Shown: in pieces, positions 29,296 to 38,760 of the stretch | Position numbering within the stretch: the stretch's first letter is position 1 | Layout of the letters: each line of letters begins with the position of its first letter | Assembly: GCA_035512975.1 (NCBI GenBank) | Contig: DATKCX010000306.1 | Coordinates: 11,372-75,371 of the forward strand | From: Ilumatobacter sp. | GTDB taxonomy: Bacteria > Actinomycetota > Acidimicrobiia > Acidimicrobiales > Ilumatobacteraceae | Direction: 5' to 3' | DNA: 64,000 nt | Position numbers and translations under genes: made by a program | Notes under the pieces: generated by a model | Told to the model about the DNA's origin: nothing | Databases searched by the model: none | What the model saw: the letters and a program-made list of their open reading frames with translations, nothing else

Positions 29296-30714
29296 GTGCA
29301 CAAGCGCAGATTGACCGCCGCTGTGGTGGCCATCACGTTCGTCATCGCCGCATGCGGCGACGACGACGACACCACCGCAGACACCACCGCAGACACGACC
29401 GCAGACACGACCGCAGACACAGCGGCCGAGACAGAAGAAACGGCAGAAGAAACCGCGACCACCGCTGGCTCAGCGGCAACCGATGGGGAATCGGCTGACG
29501 GAGCAGTAGAGGTTCGTTGGCGCACGCGTCCCGACAACGACGCCGAGGCGGCCGTGTACGCCGGCATCAGCGATTCCATCGACGAGGCCAACGGCGACGC
29601 GTTCAGCCTCGCCTACGAGCCGGGCAACAACGAGGGCTCGCCCTATCAGGACCAACTCGTCACCGAGATCGCCAACGGCACGGCACCCGACGTGTTCTGG
29701 ATTCCCGGTACCGACATCGCCCGGTTCCAGAGCGAGGGCCTGATCCTCGACCTGGCACCGCTCGCCGCCGAAGACGAGTTCGACACGTCGGAGTTCTACC
29801 CGGAGACGATGTACCACCTCACGTACGATCCCGAGGCCGGCGCGCCGGGCGACAAGTTGTGGGGTCTGCCCCGCGACGTGTCGACCTTTGCGCTGTACAT
29901 CAACAACGACCTCATCGCCGAGGCCGGCGCCGACGACCCGCGCGCCCTCGCCGAAGCAGACGAGTGGAACTGGGAGACCTTCGCAGAGGTGGCCACGCAA
30001 GTGACCGAGCTCGGTGGCGCGAACAAGGGCTTCGCCATGAACAGTTGGTGGGCGAACTACGGCTACTTCTTGAACGCCGCTGGTGGTGGCTTCTTCAACG
30101 AAGATCGCACGGAGTGCGCGCTCGACACCCCCGAGAGCATCGCCGGTTTGACCCAGATGCAGTCGCTGTACGAGGGTGGACTCACCGTCGCCTGGGGCGA
30201 AGACGGAGAAGCGCCGTGGAAGGCCGGGACGGTCGGCATGTTCATCAACGGTCGTTGGGCAACTCCCGGCGCACGCGCCGACGCCGGATTCAACTGGGAC
30301 GTCGTCGAGCTGCCCACCGGACCCGGAGGAACGCAGGGCAACTTCCTGTTCTGGGGTGCCTACGTGGTGAACGCTCAGACCGAACATCCGGAAGAGGCAT
30401 TCGAACTGGTGAAGGAACTCACCAGTTCCGAGACGCAAGCGTCGATCAGCGAACTCGGTGCCAACATCCCGAGCCGCCAGAGTGACGCCGCCATCGACGC
30501 GTTCCTCGGCTTCGCGCCGCCCGAGAACAACCAGGCGTTCATCAGTGCCCTGCAGGATTCGCCGACTGCCGAGGGTCCGCTGTGGGCGGGTGACTGGCCG
30601 AAGTACGACGAGGTCATGGGTGCCGCGATCACCGCAGTTGTGAACGGGGAGCGGACAATCGAGGACTTCGAAGCCAACATCTGTTCCGAAACTGCCGTCG
30701 CCTTCGAGGGCTGA
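29296..30714 (+). CDS. Sugar ABC transporter substrate-binding lipoprotein
   Basis: AAGGAG SD at 29281; lipobox VIAAC; APDVFW and WGLPRDVSTFALYINNDL (SBP family 1). Confidence 0.92.
   Translation: MHKRRLTAAVVAITFVIAACGDDDDTTADTTADTTADTTADTAAETEETAEETATTAGSAATDGESADGAVEVRWRTRPDNDAEAAVYAGISDSIDEANGDAFSLAYEPGNNEGSPYQDQLVTEIANGTAPDVFWIPGTDIARFQSEGLILDLAPLAAEDEFDTSEFYPETMYHLTYDPEAGAPGDKLWGLPRDVSTFALYINNDLIAEAGADDPRALAEADEWNWETFAEVATQVTELGGANKGFAMNSWWANYGYFLNAAGGGFFNEDRTECALDTPESIAGLTQMQSLYEGGLTVAWGEDGEAPWKAGTVGMFINGRWATPGARADAGFNWDVVELPTGPGGTQGNFLFWGAYVVNAQTEHPEEAFELVKELTSSETQASISELGANIPSRQSDAAIDAFLGFAPPENNQAFISALQDSPTAEGPLWAGDWPKYDEVMGAAITAVVNGERTIEDFEANICSETAVAFEG
29368..29420 (+). repeat. 12-bp tandem repeat x4 encoding (DTTA)n linker
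   Basis: gacaccaccgca / gacacgaccgca units. Confidence 0.9.
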
Positions 30715-30723
30715 TTCAACCTC

Positions 30724-30773
30724 GCATCGGGGTCGGCGACCAGCTCGTCGATCATGGTCGTCGACCCCGATGC
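30724..30773 (+). terminator. 19-bp intercistronic stem-loop after the SBP gene (mRNA stabiliser or partial terminator)
   Basis: GCATCGGGGTCGGCGACCA pairs with TGGTCGTCGACCCCGATGC (one G-U); no U-tract. Confidence 0.7.
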
Positions 30774-30811
30774 TCGATCTTTCGAATATTTCGCTGACCG
30801 GGGGAGGCAAT

Positions 30812-32527
30812 GTGAAACCGAGCACGACATTGATTGATGTCACGAGTGACGTGATGGCACCCTTACCACGGGCCGTACAACCGACCGCCGAGTCGTTCGC
30901 CAAGCTGGCGCGGATCCTCTCGATCTGGCATGCGATCGGTGCCGTCACGTGCGTGATCGGGCTGTTGCTCGCCAGCCGAGGTGGCGACGACCAGTTGCCG
31001 TGGATGCCGCGATTCGCACTCCAGGGTTTCTTCGTCCTTGCCACGTTGGCGAACGTCGCCTCGGCGTACGGCATCGTCACCACGAAACAGTGGGCTCGTT
31101 CGGCGTCGCTCGTGGTGAACTACCTCCTCGCGGTCGTCGCCGGCGTCGCCACGTTGCACCAGATCAACGCATTCCGCGCCCTCGGCAACCTGGGCGACGG
31201 GCTGTACAAGGCGTTCGTGCCATTCCTGTTCGTGCTGCTCGGCCTCATCGTGGTGCTGGTCGCTCTGCAGCTCCTCGCCGATCGCCCGACCGCACCGACC
31301 CTGCTGCGGGTGAAGCGCGCCGGATGGATCTTCACTGCGGCGGCGGGCGTCTGGTTCGTGGTGAAGGCCGACCCGACCGGCATGCTCAGCAAGCTCGGGG
31401 ACAGCGTCATGAAACCGTTGACGCTGGGTTGCTTGGCCATCACCCTGGGCGCCGCATTCGCTTGTAGAGCGATGTGGTCGCGATCGGCGGCGCGGTACTT
31501 CGGCACGTCGCGCGCCGCCGAGGAAGCGTTGAGCGGGCTGGCGTTCTTGTCGCCGAACCTGCTCGGATTCTCGGTGTTCTTCGCGTTCCCCCTGCTGTTC
31601 TCGTTGTGGGTGAGCCTCTTCGACTGGAAGACCACGAACACCGGCAAGGACTTCATCGGGCTCGACAACTACGCACGGGCGTTGTCGCTCGACATCTCCG
31701 GTGCCAGCACGGCTGGTGCCGGCACCGAGGTCCTCAAACCCGGGTACCAGGTGCTGATGCACCTCGACTGGTTCGGGAACAACTGGGTGCTCGGTGCCCG
31801 CGACGTCGAGTTCTGGCTGTCACTTCGGAACATCACGGTGTTCCTCGTGCTGGCGGTGCCGCTGTCGGTCATCCCCGCATTGGTGCTGTCGAGCATCCTC
31901 GCATCACGCCTGCCGGGCATGAAGGTGTTCAGGACGATCTATTTCATCCCGTCGGTCGCCGGGGTGATCGGTGTGGCGATCATCTGGGGTCAGATGTTCG
32001 ACGCCACGATCGGCTGGATCAACTATCTGCTCGACCTCGTCGGATTGTCGGAACCTGGGCAAGGCCACGGGTGGCTGTCTCAGCGCAGCACGGCGCTGTA
32101 CGCGATGGTGGTCGTGTTCGCCTGGATGAACTTCGGTTTCAACACCGTGTTGTACTTGGCGGGCCATCAGGGAATCCCGAAAGAGTTGTACGAAGCCGCC
32201 GAGATCGATGGTGCCAACGTGTGGCAGGTGTTCAAGAGGATCACGGTGCCGCAGCTCCGCAACACCACGTTCTACGTGCTGGTCACCACGTCGATTCTCG
32301 CCCTGCAGTTGTTCGACGTGGTCTGGATCCTGTCGCGTCCCGAACCCGGCGGGCCCAACAACGCCACGACGACGCCGGTGCTGGCGCTGTACGAGGAGGC
32401 GTTCACGAACAACAGTCAGGGCTACGCGTCGGCCCTGGCATGGATCTTGTTCCTCATCATCTTCGGGTTCACGTTCTTCCAGTTCCGACAGCAGCGCGAT
32501 GAAGCCACCAGTGGAGGTGTGTCATGA
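30812..32527 (+). CDS. Carbohydrate ABC transporter permease with long N-terminal membrane extension
   Basis: FRTIYFIPSV and LYEAAEIDGA..VFKRITVP (EAA loop); GGAGG SD before GTG 30812. Confidence 0.9.
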   Translation: MKPSTTLIDVTSDVMAPLPRAVQPTAESFAKLARILSIWHAIGAVTCVIGLLLASRGGDDQLPWMPRFALQGFFVLATLANVASAYGIVTTKQWARSASLVVNYLLAVVAGVATLHQINAFRALGNLGDGLYKAFVPFLFVLLGLIVVLVALQLLADRPTAPTLLRVKRAGWIFTAAAGVWFVVKADPTGMLSKLGDSVMKPLTLGCLAITLGAAFACRAMWSRSAARYFGTSRAAEEALSGLAFLSPNLLGFSVFFAFPLLFSLWVSLFDWKTTNTGKDFIGLDNYARALSLDISGASTAGAGTEVLKPGYQVLMHLDWFGNNWVLGARDVEFWLSLRNITVFLVLAVPLSVIPALVLSSILASRLPGMKVFRTIYFIPSVAGVIGVAIIWGQMFDATIGWINYLLDLVGLSEPGQGHGWLSQRSTALYAMVVVFAWMNFGFNTVLYLAGHQGIPKELYEAAEIDGANVWQVFKRITVPQLRNTTFYVLVTTSILALQLFDVVWILSRPEPGGPNNATTTPVLALYEEAFTNNSQGYASALAWILFLIIFGFTFFQFRQQRDEATSGGVS

Positions 32528-33729
32528 GTGTGAAGCGCAAAGGGCCCAAGGCGACCGCCATCCGGGCGCTCACATACGTCGTGCTCGTGATGGTGGCGCT
32601 CGTCGTGATCTTTCCGTTCGCGGTTGCGCTGACCACGTCGTTCAAGAACAACGACGACATCTTCCGATACCCACCCACGCTGATTCCGCGCGAAGCGGCC
32701 ACCATCGCCGCCGATCAGGTCGGTGCCGAGGGCGAAGCGTTGCCGCTGTACACCCTGCCCGACGCGCCGGGCAGCTTCGCGCTGATCGATCCCGACGTGT
32801 CGGTGGCCGAGTTCCGGCCGCTCGACGATCTCGACCGCGTGCTCACCCTCGATGCATCGGCCGGTGAACGCACCGGTGCCACCGTGACGATCGACGGCGA
32901 CGAAGAAGACGTGTTCCTCATCGAAGCCGACGGCGGAGTGATCGAGGCCTATCGATCTCGGCTGACGTCGGGAGGTCTGTTCCAGAACGTCGACGACCCC
33001 GCCGACACCGAACTCGGGCTGGTCAATTTCGCTGAGCCCGTCGAGCAGTTCGGTGCGCGAACCGAGAACTTCAGCGACGTGTGGACCGACAAGGAACTCG
33101 GCCGGTCGTTGAGCAACACGGTCCTCGTGACCTTCGCGGTGGTGATCGGCCAGATCGTCACGTCGATCCTCGGTGGCTACGCGTTCGCGCGCATCGACTT
33201 CAAGGGTCGCAACGGGCTGTTCATGCTCTATCTCGGCTCCGTCATGGTGCCGTTCGTCGTGCTGATCATCCCGCTGTTCCAGCTGATGTTGCAGTTCGGT
33301 TGGCTCGACAACCTGTCGGCCCTGATCATCCCGTTCGCCTTCACCGCCTACGGCACCTTCCTGATGCGGCAGTTCTTCGTGGGCATCCCGAAGGAGATCG
33401 AGGAAGCCGCCCTGCTCGACAACGCGTCGCGTTCGAAGATCCTGTGGAGGATCATGGTGCCACTGGCCCGACCGGCGATCGCCACGTTGGCGACCTTCGG
33501 CTTCCTGTACGCGTGGAACTCGTTCTTCTGGCCGCTCGTCATCATCAACTCGGGTAACCCGGAGGGTCGCGTGTTGTCGCTCACGCTGTCGACGTTGGGC
33601 GGCAGGTCGAGCACCGACATCAACCTGGTGTTCGCCGGCGCAGTGATCGCGATGACACCACCGATCCTGGTCTTTCTGTTCGCACAGCGCTATTTCGTCG
33701 AGAACTCCGCGTCGAGCGGACTCAAGTAA
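32524..33729 (+). CDS. Carbohydrate ABC transporter permease with extracytoplasmic insertion
   Basis: GGYAFARIDFKGR, IEEAALLDNA EAA loop and AWNSFFWPL; ATGA coupling to the previous gene. Confidence 0.92.
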   Translation: MSVKRKGPKATAIRALTYVVLVMVALVVIFPFAVALTTSFKNNDDIFRYPPTLIPREAATIAADQVGAEGEALPLYTLPDAPGSFALIDPDVSVAEFRPLDDLDRVLTLDASAGERTGATVTIDGDEEDVFLIEADGGVIEAYRSRLTSGGLFQNVDDPADTELGLVNFAEPVEQFGARTENFSDVWTDKELGRSLSNTVLVTFAVVIGQIVTSILGGYAFARIDFKGRNGLFMLYLGSVMVPFVVLIIPLFQLMLQFGWLDNLSALIIPFAFTAYGTFLMRQFFVGIPKEIEEAALLDNASRSKILWRIMVPLARPAIATLATFGFLYAWNSFFWPLVIINSGNPEGRVLSLTLSTLGGRSSTDINLVFAGAVIAMTPPILVFLFAQRYFVENSASSGLK

Positions 33730-33738
33730 GGAATCACC

Positions 33739-34914
33739 ATGGCTGCAGTCACGTTCACCACGGTCACCAAGGAATACAAGGGTGATGGCCCGCGGGCGGT
33801 CGACTCGCTCGACCTCGAGATCGACGACGGCGAGTTCATGGTGCTCGTCGGACCGTCGGGGTGCGGCAAGTCCACGGCGCTGCGCATGATCGCCGGGCTG
33901 GAGGAGGTCAGCGCAGGCGAGTTGCGCATCGGCGACCGCGTCGTCAACGACGTGCCTCCGGGCGATCGCGACATCGCCATGGTGTTCCAGAACTACGCCT
34001 TGTATCCGCACATGACGGTGCGCGCCAACATCGGCTTCGCACTCGAAGTGGCCAAGGTGCCCAAGGCCGAGATCAAGAAGCGGACCGAGCAAGCAGCAGA
34101 GATGCTGGGCCTCGGTGAGTACCTCGATCGCCTTCCCAAAGCGTTGTCGGGCGGTCAACGCCAACGTGTGGCGATGGGCCGCGCCATCGTGCGGAGCCCG
34201 CAGGTCTTCCTCATGGACGAGCCGCTGTCGAACCTCGACGCCAAGCTGCGCGTACAGATGCGCTCGGAGATCATCCGATTGCAGAAGCAGCTCGGCACCA
34301 CCATGGTGTACGTCACCCACGACCAGGTGGAGGCAATGACCATGGGACATCGGGTGGCCGTGATGCGCAAGGGCGTGCTGCAACAGGTGGCACCCCCGCA
34401 GGAGCTGTATCAGCGTCCGGCCAATCTCTTCGTCGCCGCGTTCATCGGTAGCCCGGCCATGAACCTCATTCGTGGTCAACTCGGCGGCACCGCCGATCGG
34501 CCGATCGTCACCTTCGCGCAGCACTCGCTGGCCATCGACGAGCGGGCGATCGAGCGATACCCGCGCATCCGCGAACGGCTCGGATCCAACGTCATCCTGG
34601 GCACGCGTCCCGAGCACTTCGCAATGGACGGCGACATCGACGTGCCCGACGACCAGAAGATCACCCTCCACATCGACCTCGCAGAAGCGATGGGCGCGGA
34701 GGTGCATTTGCACGCCACCCTCGACGTGCCCCCGGTCGAAGTGGAGGGGGCGCAGAATGACGACGAGGCCGATGACATCACACAGGGAGCGACCAAGGTG
34801 ATCGCACGCGTGGAAGGCGTGCACGTCGTCGACACCGGCGACCAGGTCACATTGGCAGTGAAGACCCACCTCGCGCACTTCTTCGACCCGGCCACGGGCG
34901 ATCCCTTGCGCTGA
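33739..34914 (+). CDS. Sugar ABC transporter ATP-binding protein (MsmK/MalK type)
   Basis: GPSGCGKS, LSGGQRQR, DEPLSNLDAKLR and VTHDQVEA. Confidence 0.95.
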   Translation: MAAVTFTTVTKEYKGDGPRAVDSLDLEIDDGEFMVLVGPSGCGKSTALRMIAGLEEVSAGELRIGDRVVNDVPPGDRDIAMVFQNYALYPHMTVRANIGFALEVAKVPKAEIKKRTEQAAEMLGLGEYLDRLPKALSGGQRQRVAMGRAIVRSPQVFLMDEPLSNLDAKLRVQMRSEIIRLQKQLGTTMVYVTHDQVEAMTMGHRVAVMRKGVLQQVAPPQELYQRPANLFVAAFIGSPAMNLIRGQLGGTADRPIVTFAQHSLAIDERAIERYPRIRERLGSNVILGTRPEHFAMDGDIDVPDDQKITLHIDLAEAMGAEVHLHATLDVPPVEVEGAQNDDEADDITQGATKVIARVEGVHVVDTGDQVTLAVKTHLAHFFDPATGDPLR

Positions 34915-34957
34915 GTTCCTCCCGACACATCCGAGCACCACGCACTTCCAGGACACC

Positions 34958-35821
34958 ATGGACCGACAGCCAGAAGCCAGAACAGACCCCGTGCTCGGCA
35001 CCGTCGTACACGTCGTCGGCACTCGCCAAGCCCGCCCCAACCTCCCGGCGTCCGGTTGCCCGTTCTGTGTCGGCGGGCGCGAGGCACCAGACCCCTACGA
35101 CGTTCGATGGTTCACCAACCGTTGGCCGGCGATGGAGGGTGGGCGATGCGAGGTGGTGCTGTATTCGCCCATTCACGACGCCACCTTGCCGACACTCGGC
35201 GTCGAGGGCGTCCGGAAGGTCATCGATCTCTGGGCCGACCGCACCGAGCAGCTCGGGCGTCGCGACGACGTCGACTACGTGCTCGTGTTCGAGAATCGTG
35301 GTGCTGAGGTCGGAGCGACCATCGCCCATCCGCATGGTCAGATCTATGCGTACGACCACGTGCCCGTGCGTCAGGCCCGCCGCCTGGCCGCAGGCTGGGC
35401 TCCCGACAAGGCCCCCGACGACCGGCTGGTGAGCGACGGAGATGGCTGGCGCGCGTGGGTGCCGTATGCGCCGACGTTTCCCGTCTCGGTCGAGATTGCA
35501 CCGACCGATCGCGTGCCCGACCTGACCGTGCTCGACGATGCAGGACGTGACGGTTTCGCCGCCATGCTCACCGACGTCCTCGCACGTCTCGATCGGCTGC
35601 ACGGGCAGCCGTTGCCGTACATGATGTGGCTCAATCAACGTCCCACCACCGGGTCGGCCACGCTGGCCGGCTACGACGAAGCGTGGTTCAACGTCGAGAT
35701 CGTCTCGCCTTGGCGGAGCGCTGGCGTGCAGCGATTCATCGCCGCAGCCGAGGTTGCGAGCGAGGAGTTCTTCAACCCTGTCGTGCCGGAAGACGTGGCG
35801 ACCCGGTTGCGTTCCACGTGA
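34958..35821 (+). CDS. galT: Galactose-1-phosphate uridylyltransferase (compact GalT)
   Basis: CPFC, FENRGAEVG and HPHGQ catalytic motif; located in the gal locus. Confidence 0.85.
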   Translation: MDRQPEARTDPVLGTVVHVVGTRQARPNLPASGCPFCVGGREAPDPYDVRWFTNRWPAMEGGRCEVVLYSPIHDATLPTLGVEGVRKVIDLWADRTEQLGRRDDVDYVLVFENRGAEVGATIAHPHGQIYAYDHVPVRQARRLAAGWAPDKAPDDRLVSDGDGWRAWVPYAPTFPVSVEIAPTDRVPDLTVLDDAGRDGFAAMLTDVLARLDRLHGQPLPYMMWLNQRPTTGSATLAGYDEAWFNVEIVSPWRSAGVQRFIAAAEVASEEFFNPVVPEDVATRLRST

Positions 35822-38724
35822 TCCCGGTCATCGGCGAGCTGCGCCCGTGGCTCGATCCGACACAACTCGAGATGCATCGTCTCCCGATGCGATCGTCATT
35901 GCCGGCGGGCGACGGTCTCCGTCGTTCGCTCGACGGCAACTGGCTTCTCAGGCTGTTCGACCACCCTGACTTGGTGCCGGCGGGTGCCGTCCGTGGTGCC
36001 ACGCCGGAGCCGAATCGTCAGTGGCAGGCGGTTGCCGTGCCCGGTAACTGGACGCTGCAAGTCGACGGCGACGCGCCGCACTACACCAACGTCCAGATGC
36101 CGTTTCCCGGGCCGCCACCGGTGCTGCCGGAGCGCAACCCCACCGGGGTGTACCGGCGCTCGTTCACCGTGCCGCACGGCTGGTCCGGACGACGCGTCGT
36201 CGTGCACGTGGGCGGTGCCGAGAGCGTCCACGCCGTGTACGTGAACGACCGATTCGTGGGCTACGGCACCGACAGTCGGCTGCCGAGCGAGTACGACATC
36301 ACCGACGTGGTGCAGACCGGCGCGAATCACATCGCCGTGGTGGTGATGCGCTACAGCGCCCACAGCTACATCGAGGACCAGGACCAGTGGTGGATGGCGG
36401 GTCTCCATCGCCACGTCTTCATCGAAGCCCGCGCCGAGGTGGATGTCGCCGACGTCGCGATCGTGGCCGACTACGACCCGGCGGCACGCACGGGCGTGCT
36501 CACGGCGCTGACGACGGTCTCGTTCGGCACCGCTCCTGCTCCCGGATACACCGTTCGAACTCGCGTGGAGACGCTGGGTGGGCGACGGGTGGGGGTGGGC
36601 GCGCATCAACAGGTGCCGCACGAGCACGCCGCACCGTACGTGTTCCAGGGGCATCGCGTGGTGGCGTCGTGGCCGGCGCTGCGCGTGGAACCGTGGAGCG
36701 CCGAGTCGCCCACGTTGTACCGAGTGGTGATCGAGTTGCTCGGTCCGGACGACCAAGTGATCGACCACACAGATCAACGCATCGGCTTCCGACGCGTCGA
36801 GGTTCGCGACCGCCAGCTCCTCGTCAACGACCAGCCGATCTGGGTGTTCGGCGTCAATCGTCACGACCATCATCCCGACCGCGGCAAAGCGGTCACCGTG
36901 GACGACATGCGGGCGGATCTCGTCGCGATGCGCGCGCACAACATCACGGCGATCCGGACGTCGCACTATCCGAACGATCCGGCGTTCCTCGACTTGTGCG
37001 ACGAGTTGGGTTTCTACGTCGTCGCGGAAGCCAACATCGAGAGCCACGGCTACAACGACTCGTTGTGCAACGACGCTCGGTACCGAGCAGCCTGGCTCGA
37101 TCGTGGCGCGCGAATGGTCACACGCGACCGCAACCATCCGTCGGTGATCATCTGGAGCCTGGGCAACGAGAGCGGCTACGGCGTGAATCACGACGCGCTC
37201 GCCGGCTGGATCCGCAAGGCCGACCCGACGCGACCGGTGCAGTACGAAGACGCCACCCGGGTGGAGGGTTGGCTCGACGGTGGCCGAGCTGCGACCGACA
37301 TCGTCTGCCCGATGTACCCGTCGATCGCGGCCATCGCGGAGTACGCCCTCAACCCGCTGGCTGACCGTCCGTTGATCATGTGCGAGTACAGCCACGCGAT
37401 GGGCAACTCCAATGGTTCGCTGGCCGACTACTGGCACACGATCACGACGACGCCTGGCCTGCAGGGTGGGTTCCTGTGGGAATGGAAGGATCACACACTC
37501 CGCCGTCGCGGGCCCGACGGAGTTTCCCGCCTCGCGTACGGCGGCCAGTTCGGCGACACACCGCACGACTGCAATTTCGTCGCCGACGGCATGATGTCGG
37601 CCGATCTCGAACCTCGACCGGCGCTGCGTGAAGTGGCGTGGGTGTACCGACCGGTGACCGTCACGGCCGTCGGTGACGAGTTGCAGATCGAAAATCGGCA
37701 GTCGTTTCTCGGGCTCGGTTGGTTGAGGGCGCGCTGGGAGCATCTCGTCGACGGATCGCCGGTGGCGTCGGGACGACTCGACCTGCCGGACATCGCTCCG
37801 CGCACCTCTGCCAGGGTGCCCATGCCGAGCTTCGGTGCGGGGTGCGAAGGTGATTCGGAACGTTCGCTCGTGGTGCGGTGGGAACTGCAGCGTCGGGCGT
37901 GGTGGGCACCGGCAGGGCACGTCGTGGCGTGGGATGAGGTGACGCTCGGTGGCGAACGCTCGGCACCCGTTCCCGTTCGCGTTCCCGTTCGTGTTTCCGG
38001 GGGCGAGCCGATCGGCATGCTGTTGACGTCGGGACCCGAGCTCAACCTGTGGCGGGCAGCCACCGACAACGACGGATTCAAGCTGATGCCCGACCTGGCC
38101 GTGCGGCTGCGCATCGGGGGGCAAGCGCTTCGGCGGTGGCAGGAGGCGGGTGTCGACCGACTCGATCCAGCCGATCTCGTCCACCACCGTTCGCAGGTGC
38201 ACGACGACGAGCACGGCACCACGTACCGGCACGTCGTCGAGGTGCCAGAGGATCTGGCGGATCTGGCGCGAGTGGGAGTGATGTTCACCGTGTCGGGTCG
38301 GTTCGATCGAATGCGGTGGTTCGGGCGCGGACCACACGAGAACTACCCGGATCGTCGTAGCTCAGCGATGCTCGCTGTGTGGGAGGCCGACATCGACGCA
38401 TGCCCCTACCTGATTCCGCAGGAGTTCGGCCTGCGGACCGACTGTCGGTGGCTGGAGCTGATCGATCGGGTCTCGGGGCAACGGGTGCGCGTCGATGCCC
38501 AATCGGATGCACTCCACATGTCGGTCACCCGACACCTGCCGGCCGATCTGTTCGCCGCCGCGCATGTCGACGACCTGAGGTCACGCGACGACGTGGTCGT
38601 GTGCATCGATGTGGCGCACCGGGGCGTGGGCACTGCCAGTTGCGGCCCCGATGTGCTGGAGCCGTATCGCATCCCGGCCGGCCGTCACGAGTTCGCGTAC
38701 CGACTGTCCGCGAGCCGGGGCTAG
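35818..38724 (+). CDS. lacZ: Beta-galactosidase (GH2, LacZ-like)
   Basis: GVNRHD, IRTSHYP, WSLGNES (acid/base Glu) and MCEYSHAMGNS (nucleophile Glu); GTGA overlap with the galT stop. Confidence 0.93.
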   Translation: MIPVIGELRPWLDPTQLEMHRLPMRSSLPAGDGLRRSLDGNWLLRLFDHPDLVPAGAVRGATPEPNRQWQAVAVPGNWTLQVDGDAPHYTNVQMPFPGPPPVLPERNPTGVYRRSFTVPHGWSGRRVVVHVGGAESVHAVYVNDRFVGYGTDSRLPSEYDITDVVQTGANHIAVVVMRYSAHSYIEDQDQWWMAGLHRHVFIEARAEVDVADVAIVADYDPAARTGVLTALTTVSFGTAPAPGYTVRTRVETLGGRRVGVGAHQQVPHEHAAPYVFQGHRVVASWPALRVEPWSAESPTLYRVVIELLGPDDQVIDHTDQRIGFRRVEVRDRQLLVNDQPIWVFGVNRHDHHPDRGKAVTVDDMRADLVAMRAHNITAIRTSHYPNDPAFLDLCDELGFYVVAEANIESHGYNDSLCNDARYRAAWLDRGARMVTRDRNHPSVIIWSLGNESGYGVNHDALAGWIRKADPTRPVQYEDATRVEGWLDGGRAATDIVCPMYPSIAAIAEYALNPLADRPLIMCEYSHAMGNSNGSLADYWHTITTTPGLQGGFLWEWKDHTLRRRGPDGVSRLAYGGQFGDTPHDCNFVADGMMSADLEPRPALREVAWVYRPVTVTAVGDELQIENRQSFLGLGWLRARWEHLVDGSPVASGRLDLPDIAPRTSARVPMPSFGAGCEGDSERSLVVRWELQRRAWWAPAGHVVAWDEVTLGGERSAPVPVRVPVRVSGGEPIGMLLTSGPELNLWRAATDNDGFKLMPDLAVRLRIGGQALRRWQEAGVDRLDPADLVHHRSQVHDDEHGTTYRHVVEVPEDLADLARVGVMFTVSGRFDRMRWFGRGPHENYPDRRSSAMLAVWEADIDACPYLIPQEFGLRTDCRWLELIDRVSGQRVRVDAQSDALHMSVTRHLPADLFAAAHVDDLRSRDDVVVCIDVAHRGVGTASCGPDVLEPYRIPAGRHEFAYRLSASRG

Positions 38725-38760
38725 TTGCCAGGTTGGGCTCGTTGCCAGGTTGGGCTAGTT
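38718..38760. repeat. 17-bp tandem repeat x2.5 spanning two convergent stop codons
   Basis: GGGCTAGTTGCCAGGTT / GGGCTCGTTGCCAGGTT / GGGCTAGTT. Confidence 0.9.
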
